This document shows positions 63,501 through 64,000 of a DNA stretch of 64,000 nt, in pieces. Each line of letters starts with the position of its first letter. Within the stretch, counting starts at the first letter, position 1. A program made the translations under genes and the position numbers. The notes below the pieces were generated by a model. It was not told the origin of the DNA, did no database searches, and worked only from the letters and a program-made list of their open reading frames with translations. Source of the stretch: Thermodesulfobacteriota bacterium (GTDB lineage Bacteria; Desulfobacterota; Desulfarculia; JACQYL01); the NCBI GenBank assembly GCA_963675595.2, contig CAXXLZ010000002.1, positions 992,001 through 1,056,000 of the forward strand. Direction: 5' to 3'.

Positions 63501-63621
63501 TGATTTGGGGAAAGAGAGCCACCGGAAGTTTCAGTGCCGCGGCCAATCCGCCGGCGATCAGCAGTCCGACCAGGAAGAGGATCGAGCGTCGGTGGGCCTG
63601 CATCCAATCGGTTACGGTCAT
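60583..63621 (-). CDS. RND efflux permease (AcrB/CusA family)
   Basis: LPV.LFP...FP, GL.IDD.IV.VE, FMP.MDEG, RMRPI.MT...LLPLALG.G.G..MQQPLA. ATG at 63621 overlaps the MFP stop. Confidence 0.95.
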   Translation of the reverse strand: MTVTDWMQAHRRSILFLVGLLIAGGLAAALKLPVALFPQISFPRIEVSLDAGDRPADQTALEVTWPVEEAIRGVPGVVNIRSTTSRGGADISVKFEWGQDMVSSLLLVESAINQTLSQLPKETVFAVRRMDPTVFPVLAYSMTSEKHSLVELRDIALYQLRPLLSTVKGVARVGVVGGEKEEYRVTVNPAKLVSFGLSLGDVSKALSASNIITAVGRVEDHYKLYLIVSDTRFTDLSSISMTALRSEKDGVVFVKDVATVARSTVPQWTKVTADGRDAVIFQIYQQPGGNTVQIDRELKTKLAGYRKHLPKDVKISNWYDQSELILSSAASVRDAILIGVLLAALILLLFLRSLKITLIAVISVPSVLAATMFLLHALHMSLNIMTLGGMAAAVGLIIDDTIVMVEHIIRRLRGGTGDHHRQVMSAVREFSGPLMGSSASTIIIFLPLAFLSGVTGAFFKSLSLTMAAALFISFLVAWLAEPLLADHILSAKDAQAKEGGPLALRMHQGYEALMRRMLEHRSLVILFVLPLILLGWLGYSRVGSGFMPSMDEGGFILDYRTAAGTSLSETDRLLRQVEGILLSTPAVSTYSRRTGLALGGSLSEANEGDFFVRLKPLPRPSIWTVMDDVQTKIRHSVPGVHIEMAQLMEDLIGDLTAVPQPIEIKIYSDNGRLLGELGPKVADAVSKVPGVVEVNDGVVFAGDALNIKIDRDRASLEGVDPESITDSLHEVLSGVITTHVRRGPKMVGVRVWVPDASRRTVWDVRRLQLRAPDGHLFPIERIGSIELITGQPQIMRDDLKRMIAVTGRISGSDMGSVISRIKEILNRPGLLPKDVYWSMGGLYEQQQIAFSGLMTVFLAAVLLVFCLLLFLYESFRVAGSILVTTLMAVCTVFIGLWITGTELNITSMMGMTMIVGIVTEVGIFYVSEYYSLPGEENNAVTLISAGKNRMRPIAMTTLATILALLPLALGIGRGSAMQQPLAVAIISGLIVQIPLVLIVLPVLLKSVGGRKA

Positions 63622-64000
63622 CGACACGCCTCCGCTGTGACCGCCATGCCGTCCGTAAGCTCGTAGTTGCCTAAAACGACCACGTCTTCGCCGCCTTTTA
63701 GGTCTTGTGTAATGACTTGATATTCCATAGCATTTTCGATTCCTATATTCACAATGTGCCTGACGGCGCGGCCCTTTTCCACCGTGAAGAGAATATGCCG
63801 ATCCCCGTCCGGGAGCACAGCCGACCTGGGGACAATCAGGCCTTCCGCCACGCTCGTTACGACCCTTCCTTCGATGGATTCCCCTAATAGAAATCCCGCT
63901 GTCGAAGTCGGAGTAACAAACACATCAACCAGGCGCGTCTTCGGATTAACGGCATATGAGATTTCACGTACCTTTCCGCTTACCGCCGGTGAGGCAGGGA
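63618..64000 (-). CDS. RND periplasmic adaptor (MFP), C-terminal part (runs off window)
   Basis: VNPKTRLVDVFV...LIVPRSAVL...V.IG...L..GE.VV..GNYEL.DG..V. Confidence 0.85.
   Translation of the reverse strand, partial: PASPAVSGKVREISYAVNPKTRLVDVFVTPTSTAGFLLGESIEGRVVTSVAEGLIVPRSAVLPDGDRHILFTVEKGRAVRHIVNIGIENAMEYQVITQDLKGGEDVVVLGNYELTDGMAVTAEACR

Overview
Bacterial chromosomal window, mostly GC-rich with AT-rich accessory patches. The gene content (DUF362/DUF169/DUF3786/DUF3795 Fe-S proteins, hybrid PAS kinases) suggests an anaerobic Desulfobacterota-like host; this is inference. 1-6.4 kb: start of a type VI secretion cluster (tssA-tssB-tssC') and two IS elements, ending at a displaced 3' half of tRNA-Val(TAC), probably the distal att site of an island. 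6.4-17.2 kb: decayed accessory zone with IS1380, IS1 and IS1634 elements, truncated glycosyltransferase and thiolase genes, a HEPN-motif ORF and a papain-like ORF with an in-frame TGA. 17.6-20.4 kb: DUF169 and a GH13 amylase bracketed by ~240-bp inverted repeats. 20.6-30.9 kb: surface-polysaccharide cluster (GT, O-antigen ligase-like, GT4-CsaB fusion, TagA, WecB) whose csaB is split by an IS110 element. The IS110 core (CTT), circle-junction promoter (TTGACA-17-TATATT) and bridge-RNA guides matching the target and donor sites can all be read in the sequence. 31-41.7 kb: Cache-HAMP-SpoIIE phosphatase, xanthine-dehydrogenase-family trio, MFS and GNAT-like gene, convergent with a HisC-like aminotransferase and an RsbW-like/GNAT fusion. 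42-64 kb: PAS-LuxR, Fe-S proteins, MacAB-TolC-type pump, duplicated NarL regulators around a sensor kinase, MCP, hybrid kinase and an RND pump. No CRISPR array or rRNA seen. All calls are from manual reading of motifs, with no database searches.
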